Shown here in pieces: positions 37,101 through 49,278 of a stretch of 64,000 nucleotides of DNA. This DNA is from Nageia nagi (lineage: Eukaryota; Plantae; Pinophyta), in assembly GCA_050084985.1 (NCBI GenBank), contig JBITNC010000001.1, forward strand, positions 8,680,001 through 8,744,000. Reading direction: 5' to 3'. The notes beneath the pieces were generated by a model. That model ran no database searches and had not been told where the DNA came from. It was given only the letters and a program-made list of their open reading frames with translations. A program made the position numbers and the translations under genes. How positions within the stretch are numbered: the first letter of the stretch is position 1; each line of letters opens with the position of its first letter.

Positions 37101-38430
37101 AAAGTAATTTAAACAGTGTAATACATATTGTCTATTGAAATTTGATATCACTATTTACGTACCTATCACGAACTTCTTGCTTGAGATCCTTCATGAGAGA
37201 CCCTTGCATTTCTGCATGAGTAGGGCCCACATACCCAGGTCCAGCGTTAGCCATTGCATCGATCGTTGGTTGCCAAAACACATTCCTGGTAATGTGGATT
37301 GGAACTCCTTCATAATAGATCAATTTTGCCAACATCAAATCAGCTTTTTTCTTCTTCTTTTTCTTCAGCATACTGATAATGGATGGTTGGGATCTAGGAG
37401 TTGTCCGAGGTTGAAAGTAGGAATGGACTCCAACCCTTCCAGGGTATCTACTTCCACTAGGTCTACTGGCACTTGCACTTGCACTGCCACCTATACTTGG
37501 ACTGGACACATTTCCACTTGAAGAGCTTATCCCTCCTAGCTCCATTTGAAATGTTTGTTTACTCTTTTTTCTCTCAACAATAGAATCCAAGGCTCTAATT
37601 GCGTCCAAAGCAAGATCTAGAGTTGCTTTTGGGCAACTCTCTACATCGCTCCTTGGTCTCTCAGAAAGATGCCTTTTGAACCTTGTAATTGTTCCCCGGA
37701 TAGGCTTGCCACATAGATTGCAACTGAAATGCTGAGAATTGCCATGAACCCCCTCAATTGGAGTCACATATTGCCAAAACCTATCCAACTCCTTCAGCAT
37801 TTTGGTGTCTTGGAAAATCTCCCTCAAGCAATAATGCTCTAGCTCCTCTCTCTTTGTCCAAGCCTTGCAAAGCAAAAATGAGGGGAAAAACCCTTCCCCC
37901 CCCTTTATTCCTTCTCCTCTAGCTGCCTAGCGCAGCCCACGTTTTCGCGGTGTATTCGGCTTTTTTTGGCCGTTTAAACAGCGTTTAGATGGAAAAAAAT
38001 GTTTTTGGCGTCTTTCCCTTCCAAATGCGGGTTCTGTCTCTGTCGGACTGTGTCTTTTGCTCTTAAGATGCCTTTTTTTTTACGTTTAAATGCCGTTTTT
38101 AGATGCAAAAAATGCCGAAAACGGCTAGTATGGTGGGGTGTTTTAAGTTAAATCTTTCTTGCGTATTCGTGACATCTTTCACATTTAAACGATGCATTTT
38201 GGAGGAAAAAATACATCTAAGATAGTTTGTAAAATCCGTGGCCATCCTACGTTTTTTCCATGTATTCAATGTTTTTTTTACGTCTTTTCCCTGTTTAGAC
38301 GCCGTTTAAACGGCCTATCTTTTGAAATTAAAAATGGCGTTTTTTCTGTTTTTTTAGGGAAATTTGGAATTCTCCCAAATATGGAAAAAACGCCGTTTTC
38401 CACGTTTAAACGCCGTTTTTTTATTCTATG
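34118..38430 (-). mobile_element. Full-length hAT DNA transposon (4,313 bp)
   Basis: 13-bp TIR CATAGAATAAAAA at both ends, perfect 8-bp TSD CTTTATAC, AAACGG/AAATACG subterminal repeats. Confidence 0.95.
34785..37800 (-). pseudogene. Intron-containing hAT transposase (BED finger, DUF659-type core, dimerisation domain), frameshifted
   Basis: CNLCGK..RFKRHL..C; GCTILSDGWSD; VVQVITDNAS; WTPCACHCID; GVTRFASNF; PLVQVLRLVD; the minus strand near 35650-35700 reads IRILSQTCSASGCERN. Confidence 0.88.
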
Positions 38431-38849
38431 CTTTATACATGATTACAAACCATTACATAAGGGTTAAACCTAGACATTGCTGCCAACATAACTTAACAGT
38501 TACAAATGCTTACAAATGGTAAGTAGGGTTCTTCATCTAATGATAAAATGATATAATATATAAGTTCATGGGAGGGTGGTTAGGATTCTCTCCATCTCCT
38601 CCTAACCACTTCATTTACAATAATTTCTTAATAAATAAAATCTTCATGGTGATAACATAGTGTCAAGTTCACATCAAAAGGCTCACTATCACATATTCTA
38701 CCGGATAAGATATGAAACAAAGAAAAAACATCATTTTTCATTTCTTCCTTCATTGTCGCCTTCACATCATTCTTGAGATAATTCTGAGAATCTGATCTAT
38801 AGGTTCAATGTACCCACTGCAGACAACATCCCAAACATCTTTACTAATG

Positions 38850-39406
38850 AGAAATGTTTTCATTTATTAGATGGCCAATAATCATAGTTCTTCCCTTTTT
38901 AAACTGTAGAATTGATAATAAAGAATTATTGCTTGTTGCTTCCATTGTAAACTATAAACATCTTGAAATTTGAAATTCTCTAGTTAGAGATAAATCCCAA
39001 ATTAAGTTCCTTCACTCCCAACAACCTAGAACAAGAAGGCTCTGATGTCAATATGTGAAAATAAGATAGAGGTGTACAATGATTAATACAATAAAAATAT
39101 GAAAAAGAAATCAAGAACATACAACAGACTGAATAAATCTATATTTATAGGATGAATATTGCAGACTTGCGACATCACACAATTGTTGCTACTCTGAACA
39201 TATACGATTGCATTGTCAAGCATGACCCTTGGTTACAAAACTGTAGAGTAAAGAATATACATCAACTCCTTATACTCATTTGATGAAAACAAAAGTAGTG
39301 CATTCTTATATACAGATGTATAAGACTATTGACATTTTTAAAAACAAAGAAATGATGCCTAAACACCGAATCTTTCAGTTCCCTCTTTGAAATTTTACTG
39401 TTAACA
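38850..39406 (-). mobile_element. Truncated Copia element: LTR (39054-39406), degenerate PBS and gag N-terminus
   Basis: GCTCTGATGTCA (39039-39050) approximates the iMet PBS complement; TG..CA ends; the minus strand reads ...KNYDYW..MKTFL (Copia gag start). Confidence 0.55.
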
Positions 39407-40125
39407 ATTCTCACTGAAAAGTGATGGTTTCATTTAGCAAGTGGCAGTTCTGTTTCTAAACTAAAACTTTGGTCATTCAAGATCAACTCTCGACACAGTA
39501 TCTTGCATTAGGAAATTGGGGCCTAACTCACTTTTTATTCTTTATCACAGCTCTGCAATTGAGCAGTATGCATTAATTCTCTTGGAACTTATAACAAGTT
39601 ATTTTCTAAATTGTGGAGGGCCTGTTTTGGGTATTTACATTTTATGTCCTACGTTCTAGCTTACCTGCTTTTTAATTTCAGCCCATCTTTTATGATTCGT
39701 TGTATCAAGAAGTTTCCTCTCTGTCTCATTGATCTACTTTGCTCCCTCGATGGCACTAATAAAATTTTTCTGTAAACTGATTGGTAACACTATAAACATC
39801 ACAAGTTCTTCAATTCCGTTACTTATTTTGGAATGTAACTTACTAGGTTTTCTGATAAATGATTCATAATCTTCTCCCTATTGTTCACATGATCATTGTG
39901 TTTCGAAAATTTCCAATGATATTCTTAGACAAGTTTAATCTTTGGACTTCGATTGTCATCACTGATGTTGAACTCAGCTAGCTTCATCAACTTTGTCATT
40001 TTTGGGAGTTAATTAAATGTTGTTCACAATATTCATTCTTTTTGCAAGCGTATTTTAAATTCAATGTGGTAGTTATCTAAATGTTGGTTATTAGGGCTGG
40101 ATAAAGCATTATAAAACAGCATGTT

Positions 40126-43100
40126 TGATCCATAAACAGTAAGATTAAACAATTTCAATTTAATCTTCTCTTAAGATCAATTCACACTTAAAACAATTAA
40201 GTGCTTGTAAAGGAAATTCAGGAATAAAGTTGTAAACACAGAGAAGAGAAAAGCATTCACCATAGAAGAGAAGCAAAATTTATCCTGGTTCACCCAGTGT
40301 GGGCTACATCCAGCTCATAAGCTCTCTACTATCAATAGATGGAATCACTTTACAAGGCCTCCTTGGTCCTTCAAAACCTCCTCTCACATTCACAACACAC
40401 TCCCGCTCTGAAAATCACAACAAAACTGGAAAACACTTCCCGAAATCCTCTTTTTTTTTTCCTGTACAATTTGCTCCTCTTTTATACAATTTTTGGAGCT
40501 AAAATTGGAGAGAATTACAACTAAGAAATTGGGAAAAAAAACACATTTTCGGATACCCATTAACTTCCTTGATCTTCCTGTCAAATTTGGGCTCAAATGG
40601 TTTTGAAAATCTTCCAAAAACGAGCTCTGAAACCAAAAAAAACGCTCTCTGGACTGTTATAGGCTTACTGGATAACTCAGCCCAATTATAGGACCTTAGG
40701 CGAATCAAAAATCGCCAAAAACCTTAGAAAAACCCCAAAATACGTTAAAATACTCCAAAATTGGGCGGGTGCGCTGTGGTGCTGACACATGGTAGGCGGT
40801 CAGGTGGCGGTTTGGTTGGTCACGTTGGCGGTACACGCAGGCGGCTTGCGGTCTGGCGTGGACGGGTTGCACGCGGTCGCGGTCGCGTGGGCGGACAAGT
40901 CTGACAGGCGGTCAGACGCGGGGGTCCATAGTGGCAGGCGGGTTGGCGGTCAGATGGTCAACTCGCCCTATCACCTCCACGCAGTCCTGGTCACCTACGT
41001 GGCCTCCACGGTGGCGGGCGGGTCCCGCCATATTTTTTATTTTTTATTTTTCAAAAATACACAAAATGGACTTAAGGTCATATCTTCCACATACGGACTC
41101 GGATTCTCGATCCGAAAGAAGCATCGGAAAGCTGAAGACAAGACGATCACACTGAACACACTGAAATGGAGATTACTGAATGTTGAAGGGATCCAAATTT
41201 TGGATCATTCCTCCCCACTGAGAGAGAGCTTTTGTCCCCAAAAGCATTTAGGATGATGGAATGAGGTGAAGGTAGAGCTCCCTCACCCGATCAACTGCAT
41301 ACCACTTGGCCTTGTGTGGATGTTGGCCCTTCACTCCAATACGCCACACCTCATGTATGCCACTACGAGATGATCATTGCTTCTTTTCCAATACTGCATC
41401 CTCAACCAACACATTCATGTGCTCAACTGATGGTAACATAACCTCTGTATCTTCTGCAACTAAGGCTGGTTCATACAACTTCAAATTCTCAACATTAATA
41501 ACAGAATACATTTGCATATAGGGTGGTAAGTCTAACCGAAAAGCATTGTCTCCAACTTGACCAATAATTGTAAATGGACCATACCTTATGGGTTTCAACT
41601 TCCTTCCCTTACCATGCTGTCTCTCTTTGCTAAGATGAAGCCATACTTGATCCCCAACCTGAAATTTATGATCCACCCTATGACGATCATGCCTCTCCTT
41701 ATACTTGGCCTGACTCTTCTCCAACTGTTCTTTTATCTTTTGATGAATCAATCTAACCCTCTCAATAAAATTCTTTGCCCTTTCCTCCTCATCATGAAGA
41801 ACTATATTTCCATCACTCGTTGAAGCAAAAGCCATATCAAAAGATGATTTTGGCAAATAACCAAAACAAGTCTCAAAAGGTGTTTTGTTATTAGAAGAAT
41901 GTAAAGCCCGATTATATGCATGCTGTATATAGTTCAAATGTTCATCCCAAGTCTTAGGATGCTTACCACAATAACCTCGTAATAGGTGTACCATTGTCCT
42001 GTTTACCACCTCTGTTTGACCATCTGTCTGTGGATGAAATGTTGTACTCCTCTTTAGCTTAGTGTCCATCCTTTCCCATAAAGAAATCCAAAATTTTTCA
42101 AGAAACCTGGAATCCTTGTCAGAAATGATAGAAGTAGGAAGACCAACACCAAAGTGCCCTGAAATACGAGAAGTATGAGCTTCCCTAATCAAATCATTCC
42201 TCTCACCATTAGGAATACAAAGTTTGCCCAAAAGTAATCCATCATGCAAATGAAAGTCATGATTTCCAACCTCATTACCAAGACTCAATCTATGATAGAC
42301 ATTTTGGAAATCAGGATCAACCACATATTGTTCTTTATACCCATCATGCATTAAAGAATTATTTTGCAGAATCACAACACTAGCAACTATTGGAGGCCTA
42401 GACAACATATCAGCAATTTTATTTTGAGTACCCTTCTTGTACTTAATCACCAAATGAAATTGTTGCAAAAATCCCATCCAACGAAAGTGCCTAGATTGTT
42501 GCAACTTAGATTGTGATTGAAGATATTGCAAGGGTTGATGGTCTGTATGTATTATTGTCTCTTTACCTACCAAATAGTGCTTCCATTTCTTAACACTTTG
42601 AACTAATGCATACAACTCTTTGTCATAGGTGGGATAGTTTCTTACCACACTAGTAAACATTTCCGAGTGATAGCAAACCGAATGTTTTTCCTGCAATAAA
42701 ACTGCACCCATAGCATAGTCACTAGCATCAGTTTCAATTTCAAAAGGTTTCTGAAGATTAAGCAAAGCAAGTACTGGAGCATTACTGATTTTCTTTTTAA
42801 GCAACTCAAAAGCATGTTGTTCTTTCCCTCCCCACTGAAATCCATGACTCTTTTTTGTAATTGCATGAAGTGGAGAAGCCATGTAAGAAAAGTTAGCAAT
42901 AAACTTGCGTAAATATTGTACTGCCCCAAGAAAACTCCTAGTCTCTGTCACATTAGTGGGAGTAGGCCATTTCAACACAGCCTCTATTTTTGCAGGATCT
43001 ATCTTCAATTGACCTTCACCTACAATGTGGCCAAGATAGATTAAACTTTTCCTGACAAACTCACATTTAGACATTTTCAAATAGAGTTTTGCTTCCCTTA

Positions 43101-46100
43101 AAACTTCAAACACTTTACGAATATGCACCACATGATCTTTCCAATTATCACTATAAATGAGAATATCATCAAGGTACACAATAACAAAATCATCAATGAA
43201 AGGCCTTAAAACCTCATTCATTACATGTATGAAAGTAGCAGGAGCATTGCATAATCCAAACGGTAAAACCAACCATTCAAACAATCTTTGCCTAGTTTTA
43301 AAAGTAGTTTTCCAAACATCCTCGTCTTTAACTCGTATTTGATGATAACCACTTCTTAGATCTAATTTTGTGAAAAGCCTAGCTTTTGTTAATTGATCCA
43401 TTAAATCATCAATACGTGGCAAAGGATATCGATTTTTAACCGTGATCTTATTTAGTGCCCTGTAATCAACACACATACGTCAAGTTCCATCTTTCTTTGG
43501 AATTATAACAATAGGAGATCCACATGGTGATGTGCTAGGTCTAATGACTCCTTGATCTAACAATTCCTTGACTTGTTTCTTAATTTCTTCATTTTCCAAA
43601 ACAGAATTTCTATATAAGCCAATATTAGGAAGTGCAACATCAGGATGTAATTGAATCTCATGTTGTATATCTCTTTTAGGTGGAAGTTCTTTAGGTACTT
43701 GAAATAAATCTTCAAATTCAGAAATTACCTCTTTTACTTCTTCTTTGTATTGTGGTTCACAATCATCAAGTGCCTTTATGATTTCCACTTCATCTTGAGA
43801 TTTCACCATTGCAAGAAAAAACATTTGTCCTGTATTGATTAGTTTCTTTGCTTGTCCTGCAGTAATCAAAGAAATATCCTTTTTCTTGCTTTGATGAGCA
43901 CTAACCATGTATTCAATTCCATCTTTAATGAGTCTATATTTGTTTTCCTTTCTATAAAATAAAGCATCTCTTTTCCATAGATAAGGACTACCAAGCACAA
44001 TCCCACAAATATCCAAAGGAACAACATCAAGTAAAACTTCATCAATGTAATCCCTGTTAATCCCAAATTGCAACTTGCATTGTTGTGTTACCTTTATTTT
44101 GAATTTTTATTAATCCATCCCAATGGATATGGGTTTGGATGGGGTTGAGTAGTGAGTGCAAGTGATTTGACATACTTTTCTGCAATTAAGTTAGCTTGAG
44201 ATCTAGAATCAAACAATGTATCAATCCTAGTCTTCTTAGCTTGCACTTTGATGTGAAAAAGTTCAATTTTCTTCTTTTCCTCATCTTCATTAGGTGTATT
44301 ATGCAAAACCATACATGCCATTTTATCATCTACATCTGAACCATCCTCAATTTCCTTAGTAATAGTATTTGTTTGTTTTCTTTGAACTTTAGGTTTAGGA
44401 CGTAATTCAGGATGCAATTTCCAACATTTAGCTTCTAAATGACCTTTTTGACAATGTGCACATACATCTTTAGACTTCTCTTTTTGTGTAGTTGACATAG
44501 TTTTCTTTTTCCCCTTTCCTTTATTCCTTTCAGAATCATTATTACTATTATAATTGGAAGCATTGTTCTTTTTTCCATCCTTAATGAATTTTCCTCTTTC
44601 TTCTAAGTGAGTGGCTTGTACACAAATTTTATCCAAATCATTTGGATCAAACATCAAAATGTATGCCTTAAATAATTATGCAAACCACCAATATACTTAA
44701 GAAGAGTATCTTGGGAATCAAGAGGAATACCTAGCATTGTAGCTCTTCTTCGGAATTCCGTAGTGTACTCTTGCACACTTTGCCCTTTGCCTTGATGGAA
44801 AGTTTGCCATTCCATGATTGCCTTTTGACGATAACCCAAAGGATAAAATTGATTTCTAAGCAATTGTACAAAATGAGTCCAAGAAGCATTACAAGCTTGA
44901 ATTGATTCATTCTTATTTTGCAAACAACATTCCCACCAAACAAGTGCATTACCACTCATTTTAAGAGTTGCTAATTGGATTTTATCCTAATCTCTTACAA
45001 TTCTTTGAATTCTACAATATACTTCAATTTGTTTAATCCAATGGTCTAACTTCTCAGCATTCACTTCTCCAATAAAAGTAGGCAAATCAAATTTAACTTC
45101 CAATTTCAAGGGAGAACTTTGAAAAACACTATGTGTAACATCATTGTCAATTTTATTACATTCACTAGTTTCACCTTCATTTTTCTTGTATTGTTGCTCT
45201 TGAAAGTGTTGGAATTGTAGAGACATTTTTTAGAACATTGTGGCAAGATCAGCAATTTGCTTTTCCACATTAGACCCTCCTTCATTGGCCATGGCTCCAA
45301 GCTCTCTTTGCTTCTTTAGCCAAACTCTAGAACCAATTTCTGGATCCTCCTCTACAAATTCTCCTTCTCCTTTCTTGCTTTGTGACCTGGTATACATGCA
45401 AGAACACTTTCCAAACACCAACAACAATCTCAAAAATAGAGGTTAGCCCAATGATTTCAACTTGCTCTGATACCAAACTTGATCCATAAACAGTAAGATT
45501 AAACAATTTCAGTTTAATCTTCTCTTAAGATCAATTCACACTTAAAACAATTAAGTGCTTGTAAAGGAAATTCAGGAATAAAGTTGTAAACATAGAGAAG
45601 AGAAAAGCATTCACCATAGAAGAGAAGCAAAATTTATCCTGGTTCACCCAGTGTGGGCTACATCCAGCTCAAAAGCTCTCTACTATCAATAGATGGAATC
45701 ACTTTACAAGGCCTCCTTGGTCCTTCAAAACCTCCTCTCACATTCACAACACACTCCCAGCTCTGAAAATCACAACAAAATTGGAAAACACTTCCCGAAA
45801 TCCTCTTTTTTTTCCTATACAATTTGCTCCCCTTTTATACAATTTTTGAAGCTAAAATTGGAGAGAATTACAACTAAGAAATTGGGAAAAAAAACACATT
45901 TTCGGATACCCATTAACCTCCTTGATCTTCCTGTCAAATTTGGGCTCAAATGGTTTTGAAAATCTTCCAAAAACGAGCTCTGAAACAAAAAAAATGCTCT
46001 CTGGACTGTTACAGGCTTACTGGATAACTCAACCCAATAATAGGACCTTAGGCGAATCAAAAATCGCCAAAAACCTTAGAAAAACGCCAAAATACGTTAA

Positions 46101-46586
46101 AATACTCCAAAATTGGGCGGGTGCGCTGTGGTGCTGACATGTGGCAGGCGGTCAGCGGTCAAACGGCTTGCGTGGGCGGTCAGGCGGCGGTCTGGTTGGT
46201 CACGTTGGCGGTACACGCAGGCGGCTTGCGGTCTGGCGTGGACGGGTTGCGCACGGTAGCGGTCGCACAGGCGGACAGGTCTGACAGGCAGTCAGACGCA
46301 GGGTCCACGGTGGCAGGCGGGTTCGCGGTCAGACGGTCAACTCGCCCTGTCACCTCCACGCAGTCCTAGTCACCTATGTGGCCTCCATGGTGGCGGGCGG
46401 GTCCCACCATATTTTTTAATTTTTTTTTTTCAAAAATACACAAAATGGACTTAAGGCCATATCTTCCACATACGGACTCAGATTCTCGATCCGAAAGAAG
46501 CGTCGGAAAGCTGAAGACAAGACGATCACACTAAACACACTAAAATGGAGATTACTGAATGTTGAAGGGATCCAAATTTTGGATCA
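40126..46586 (-). mobile_element. Ty3/gypsy chromovirus-like (CRM-like) LTR retrotransposon, 6.46 kb, internally deleted
   Basis: LTRs 40126-41207 and 45480-46586 (TGATCC..GGATCA, highly similar), TSD ATGTT/ATGTT, PBS TGGTATCAGAGC at 45464-45475, PPT complement TTCCTCCCCAC at 41208-41218. Confidence 0.95.
41374..45397 (-). pseudogene. gag-pol of the chromovirus-like element (gag, CCHC, PR, RT, RH, partial INT)
   Basis: CAHCQKGHLEAKC; LFDSRSQAN; MCVDYRALN..YLDD; ETDASD; FHPQTDGQTE; YGPF. Several stops and frameshifts; integrase core deleted near 42150. Confidence 0.92.
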
Positions 46587-46786
46587 ATGTTTTGGACAAC
46601 ATCAAAATTTTGATTGGTTTTTTGCTTCAATGATATGGTTAATATGCTAAGAACAATGAACATTTTGTACATGTCATGAACACACTTTTCTTGAAATTAT
46701 GAATTTATTTCAATTTACCTAATTTTTTTGGTCTTACCCCTTAGCAGAAAGCTTATGTCTAACTATACGCTTCATTGCATAGTTAG

Positions 46787-46857
46787 GATGATATTGTTGC
46801 TCGTCTAAGCCCTGCTGCTTTAGAAGATTTGCGGTGCGAAATATCAAAGACTGAATG
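46787..46857 (+). CDS. Lipase exon F (DDIVARLSPAALEDLRCEISKTEW), catalytic Asp
   Basis: TTAG| acceptor, TG|GTATG donor; D.V.RLS motif. Confidence 0.9.
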
Positions 46858-47063
46858 GTATGGACTTTTGTTCGTGTGAAATCCTTTGGCATGAATTAAA
46901 CGAGACATCAAATTTTGGATTTTTAAATTCGATTTTTGTAAATTTTTGAAAACTAGTTTGGCATGGGTTTTTGAGAACCTTTTATTTATGATTATGTTAA
47001 CCGTGGAAGGAAAGTTGTATGGATGTGTTTTAAACTTTTACTACATTTGAAATAATATCACAG

Positions 47064-47305
47064 GGCTCAAAATCTTGTAGCTAATGGCAAACTGAAAAAG
47101 GTTGTAGAACTTGCTGAAACAGCCAGTGAATTTGTGGATGGCATTGAGGCCAGACTAGGTTATGAACATGGCCATTTTAGGAAGCAAATCAAATCATTGG
47201 TCATGACAGAGTCAGCTAAAACTCAGCAAAACGCAAGCAGTTCAAATGATAAAACGTTTACAAAGTGGACCCTTTTTGGAGCCTCTACTCTCTTCCGCTG
47301 TGCTG
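47064..47305 (+). CDS. Lipase exon G
   Basis: CACAG| acceptor, G|GTAAA donor; open frame, phase 2 in and phase 1 out. Confidence 0.85.
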
Positions 47306-47478
47306 GTAAATTTACTTTCCCTACTCTTTTTCCCTAAAAAGCTTGAAAAGTACCATCTATTAGACAATGGAAATATGTAAATACATTTCCATAGTTGCTA
47401 GTGGTAAACATTTTGTATGATGCATCTGTAGTATGATGGATGCTTTTATTAAGTTATGTGCTTGATGTGTTGATGCAG

Positions 47479-47888
47479 AAATGTTTTCAACTCTTAGCAC
47501 TGATCAGCCACAAACAGGAACAGGACTAGCAACTCCAGCTGTAGCAAATGTAGCTGCTAGAAAGGATACAAGGAAGTCAAATACATGTGATGTGCGACTT
47601 TATGTCCCTGGAATTCTCTACCATGTTATATGCAAAGAAAATCTGAAAAATGTTCAGCATGTACTTGCTAACAATCTAGAAGCAAATAAGGAATTGGAGA
47701 TGGCAACTGTTTCAACAAAGCAATACACTGTTACTCGGGGTGATGACCCTACATTTAGATTTAAACGAATTGTGCTATCAAATTCAATGATATCAGATCA
47801 TAGTACCGAGAGCTACAAAAATGCCTTGGATGGTGCACTTGAGTATGCCAGAAAAACTGTCAAATTTGGTAGGAATGATTGCAAATAG
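47479..47888 (+). CDS. Lipase terminal exon H (RLYVPG...FKRIVLSNSMISDH...stop)
   Basis: TGCAG| acceptor; phase 1 gives GAA then ATG 47481; catalytic-His motif SDH; TAG at 47886-47888. Confidence 0.9.
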
Positions 47889-48695
47889 CATTATTTGCTA
47901 CCTGCAGTATTAGACCGACAACAACACTGCAATTCAATGATACTTTTTATCGCTCCTGTTCAGCACTCTAATCAAAAGGGAGTTTGCAGTACAATTCAAA
48001 TCAAATGTGACTGGGCAGTATGATTGACTTCCATTGTAAATGAGTTTGTGTTTCCTAATATTGGCTGATATGATATGAAAGTATTCATATTGTAATGTAT
48101 AAAATATTTTTTCTATTTATTCATGGAATCATGCTATAGCTGCAAGCACGAGTTCCATATTGAATCTTTCTAGTGTGGGATTTACTGGCATTTGACGCAA
48201 GTGTTTATATATTACAGTGGTCATGAATATAATTGAATGGTATTATTTCAGGATATCTATTAAAAAATAAAGTCAAAATGTCTGAATATTTATATAGCCA
48301 TAGAATGTTAAAATTATTAATAGAATTGTTGTTTATTATCGTTCTACTAAATTACATTTAAAAATAAATAAATTTTAGATGATACAAATTTTATGATTTG
48401 ACTATAACGAAGATATTATTATATATAAAATAAGTTTTTATTTTAAATGTGTAATTTTAAAATTAAAACTAAAATATTAAAGCTCGAATGTTTTAAGAAT
48501 AAAATCAAACATGCTAAAAATAGTAGAAAATATACGTTACCTGTACGTGCATAGGGTAAAAGTAGTAGGAAAAAAACATGTCGTGCAGAGGGTAAAAGTA
48601 GTAGAGAAAAAGCATGCTAAAAATAACAGAAATAATCTATAAATATATATTAATTTTCTTACATCATGGCGAGGAAACTGCAAACTACTTTTATC

Positions 48696-49278
48696 GAGGG
48701 AACATGTAAAGATTTCGGACTATTACCAAGAAATGGAACTCAATTCTGAGTTCAAATACTTTTTCTTTTCTAATCATTCATCCCAATTCCATTCATTACA
48801 AACCCTATCCCTCTCATTCTTGAGGGAACTAAACCGCAGGGGATGCGGCTGCTCTTAGTCGAAGACCCCTTTTCCGTTTACAATGCAATCCTCTGAGGCA
48901 AACCTTCAAGAAACTGCCATTCCTGAATTACTGGCCGAAGTCCGTAAAATTACAATTGTACGATTCTGGGGAAGAAAATTGGAGGCCTATTCCAGCGGCC
49001 TTGCCGGACCGGCGATCCCGGTTCACAGGATTGCAGACGTATGTTTTGTAAACTCAAAATGAATCTTCCACTAAGAGCAGCCGTGGGGTGGATCCGAGGC
49101 GGCGGTTTTGTTTCTGCGAAAAGGGATAGGTTTGCCATGAGCGGGACTGGAATGAATAGAGGAAGCATGGTAGTCACTGTTGAAGGCTACAAAGAATTAT
49201 AAAGCGGAAACGATTTGAACTTAAAACTGAAACTGAGTTCCATTTATTGAAAGTAATCCGAAGCTCAAACATGCCCTC
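48696..49278. repeat. Long imperfect inverted repeat (fold-back) with a near-perfect 20-bp inner duplex
   Basis: 48846-48865 pairs with 49064-49083 (19/20). Further paired blocks: TGCAATCCT/AGGATTGCA, CCTATCCCT/AGGGATAGG, AAATGGAACTCA/TGAGTTCCATTT. Confidence 0.75.

Larger units (their letters stand above)
4881..46786 (+). other. 41,906-nt transposon-filled intron of the lipase gene
   Basis: GT at 4881, CTAAC branch-like motif at 46759-46763, AG at 46785-46786. Joins ...ILQ to DDIVARLS with no missing motif. Confidence 0.85.
2527..47888 (+). pseudogene. Class-3 lipase (sn1-diacylglycerol-lipase-like alpha/beta hydrolase) gene, 8 exons, with a frameshift and a probable nonsense codon
   Basis: Exon phases chain through GT-AG junctions. 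Motifs: PSYYIAVD, IRGT, HSGML, GHSLGAG (nucleophile), QDDIVARLS (Asp), LYVPG, SMISDH (His). Lesions: TGA at 2560-2562 and a C5 run at 4818-4822 that is one base short. Confidence 0.8.

Noticed and set aside
40299-41256. ORFs duplicated at 45693-46369
   Set aside because: They lie within the LTR pair, differ by frameshifts between copies and show no domain signal.
48950-49177. 75-aa minus-strand ORF resembling a transit peptide
   Set aside because: Lies in one arm and the loop of the fold-back, with no downstream exons or recognisable domain.
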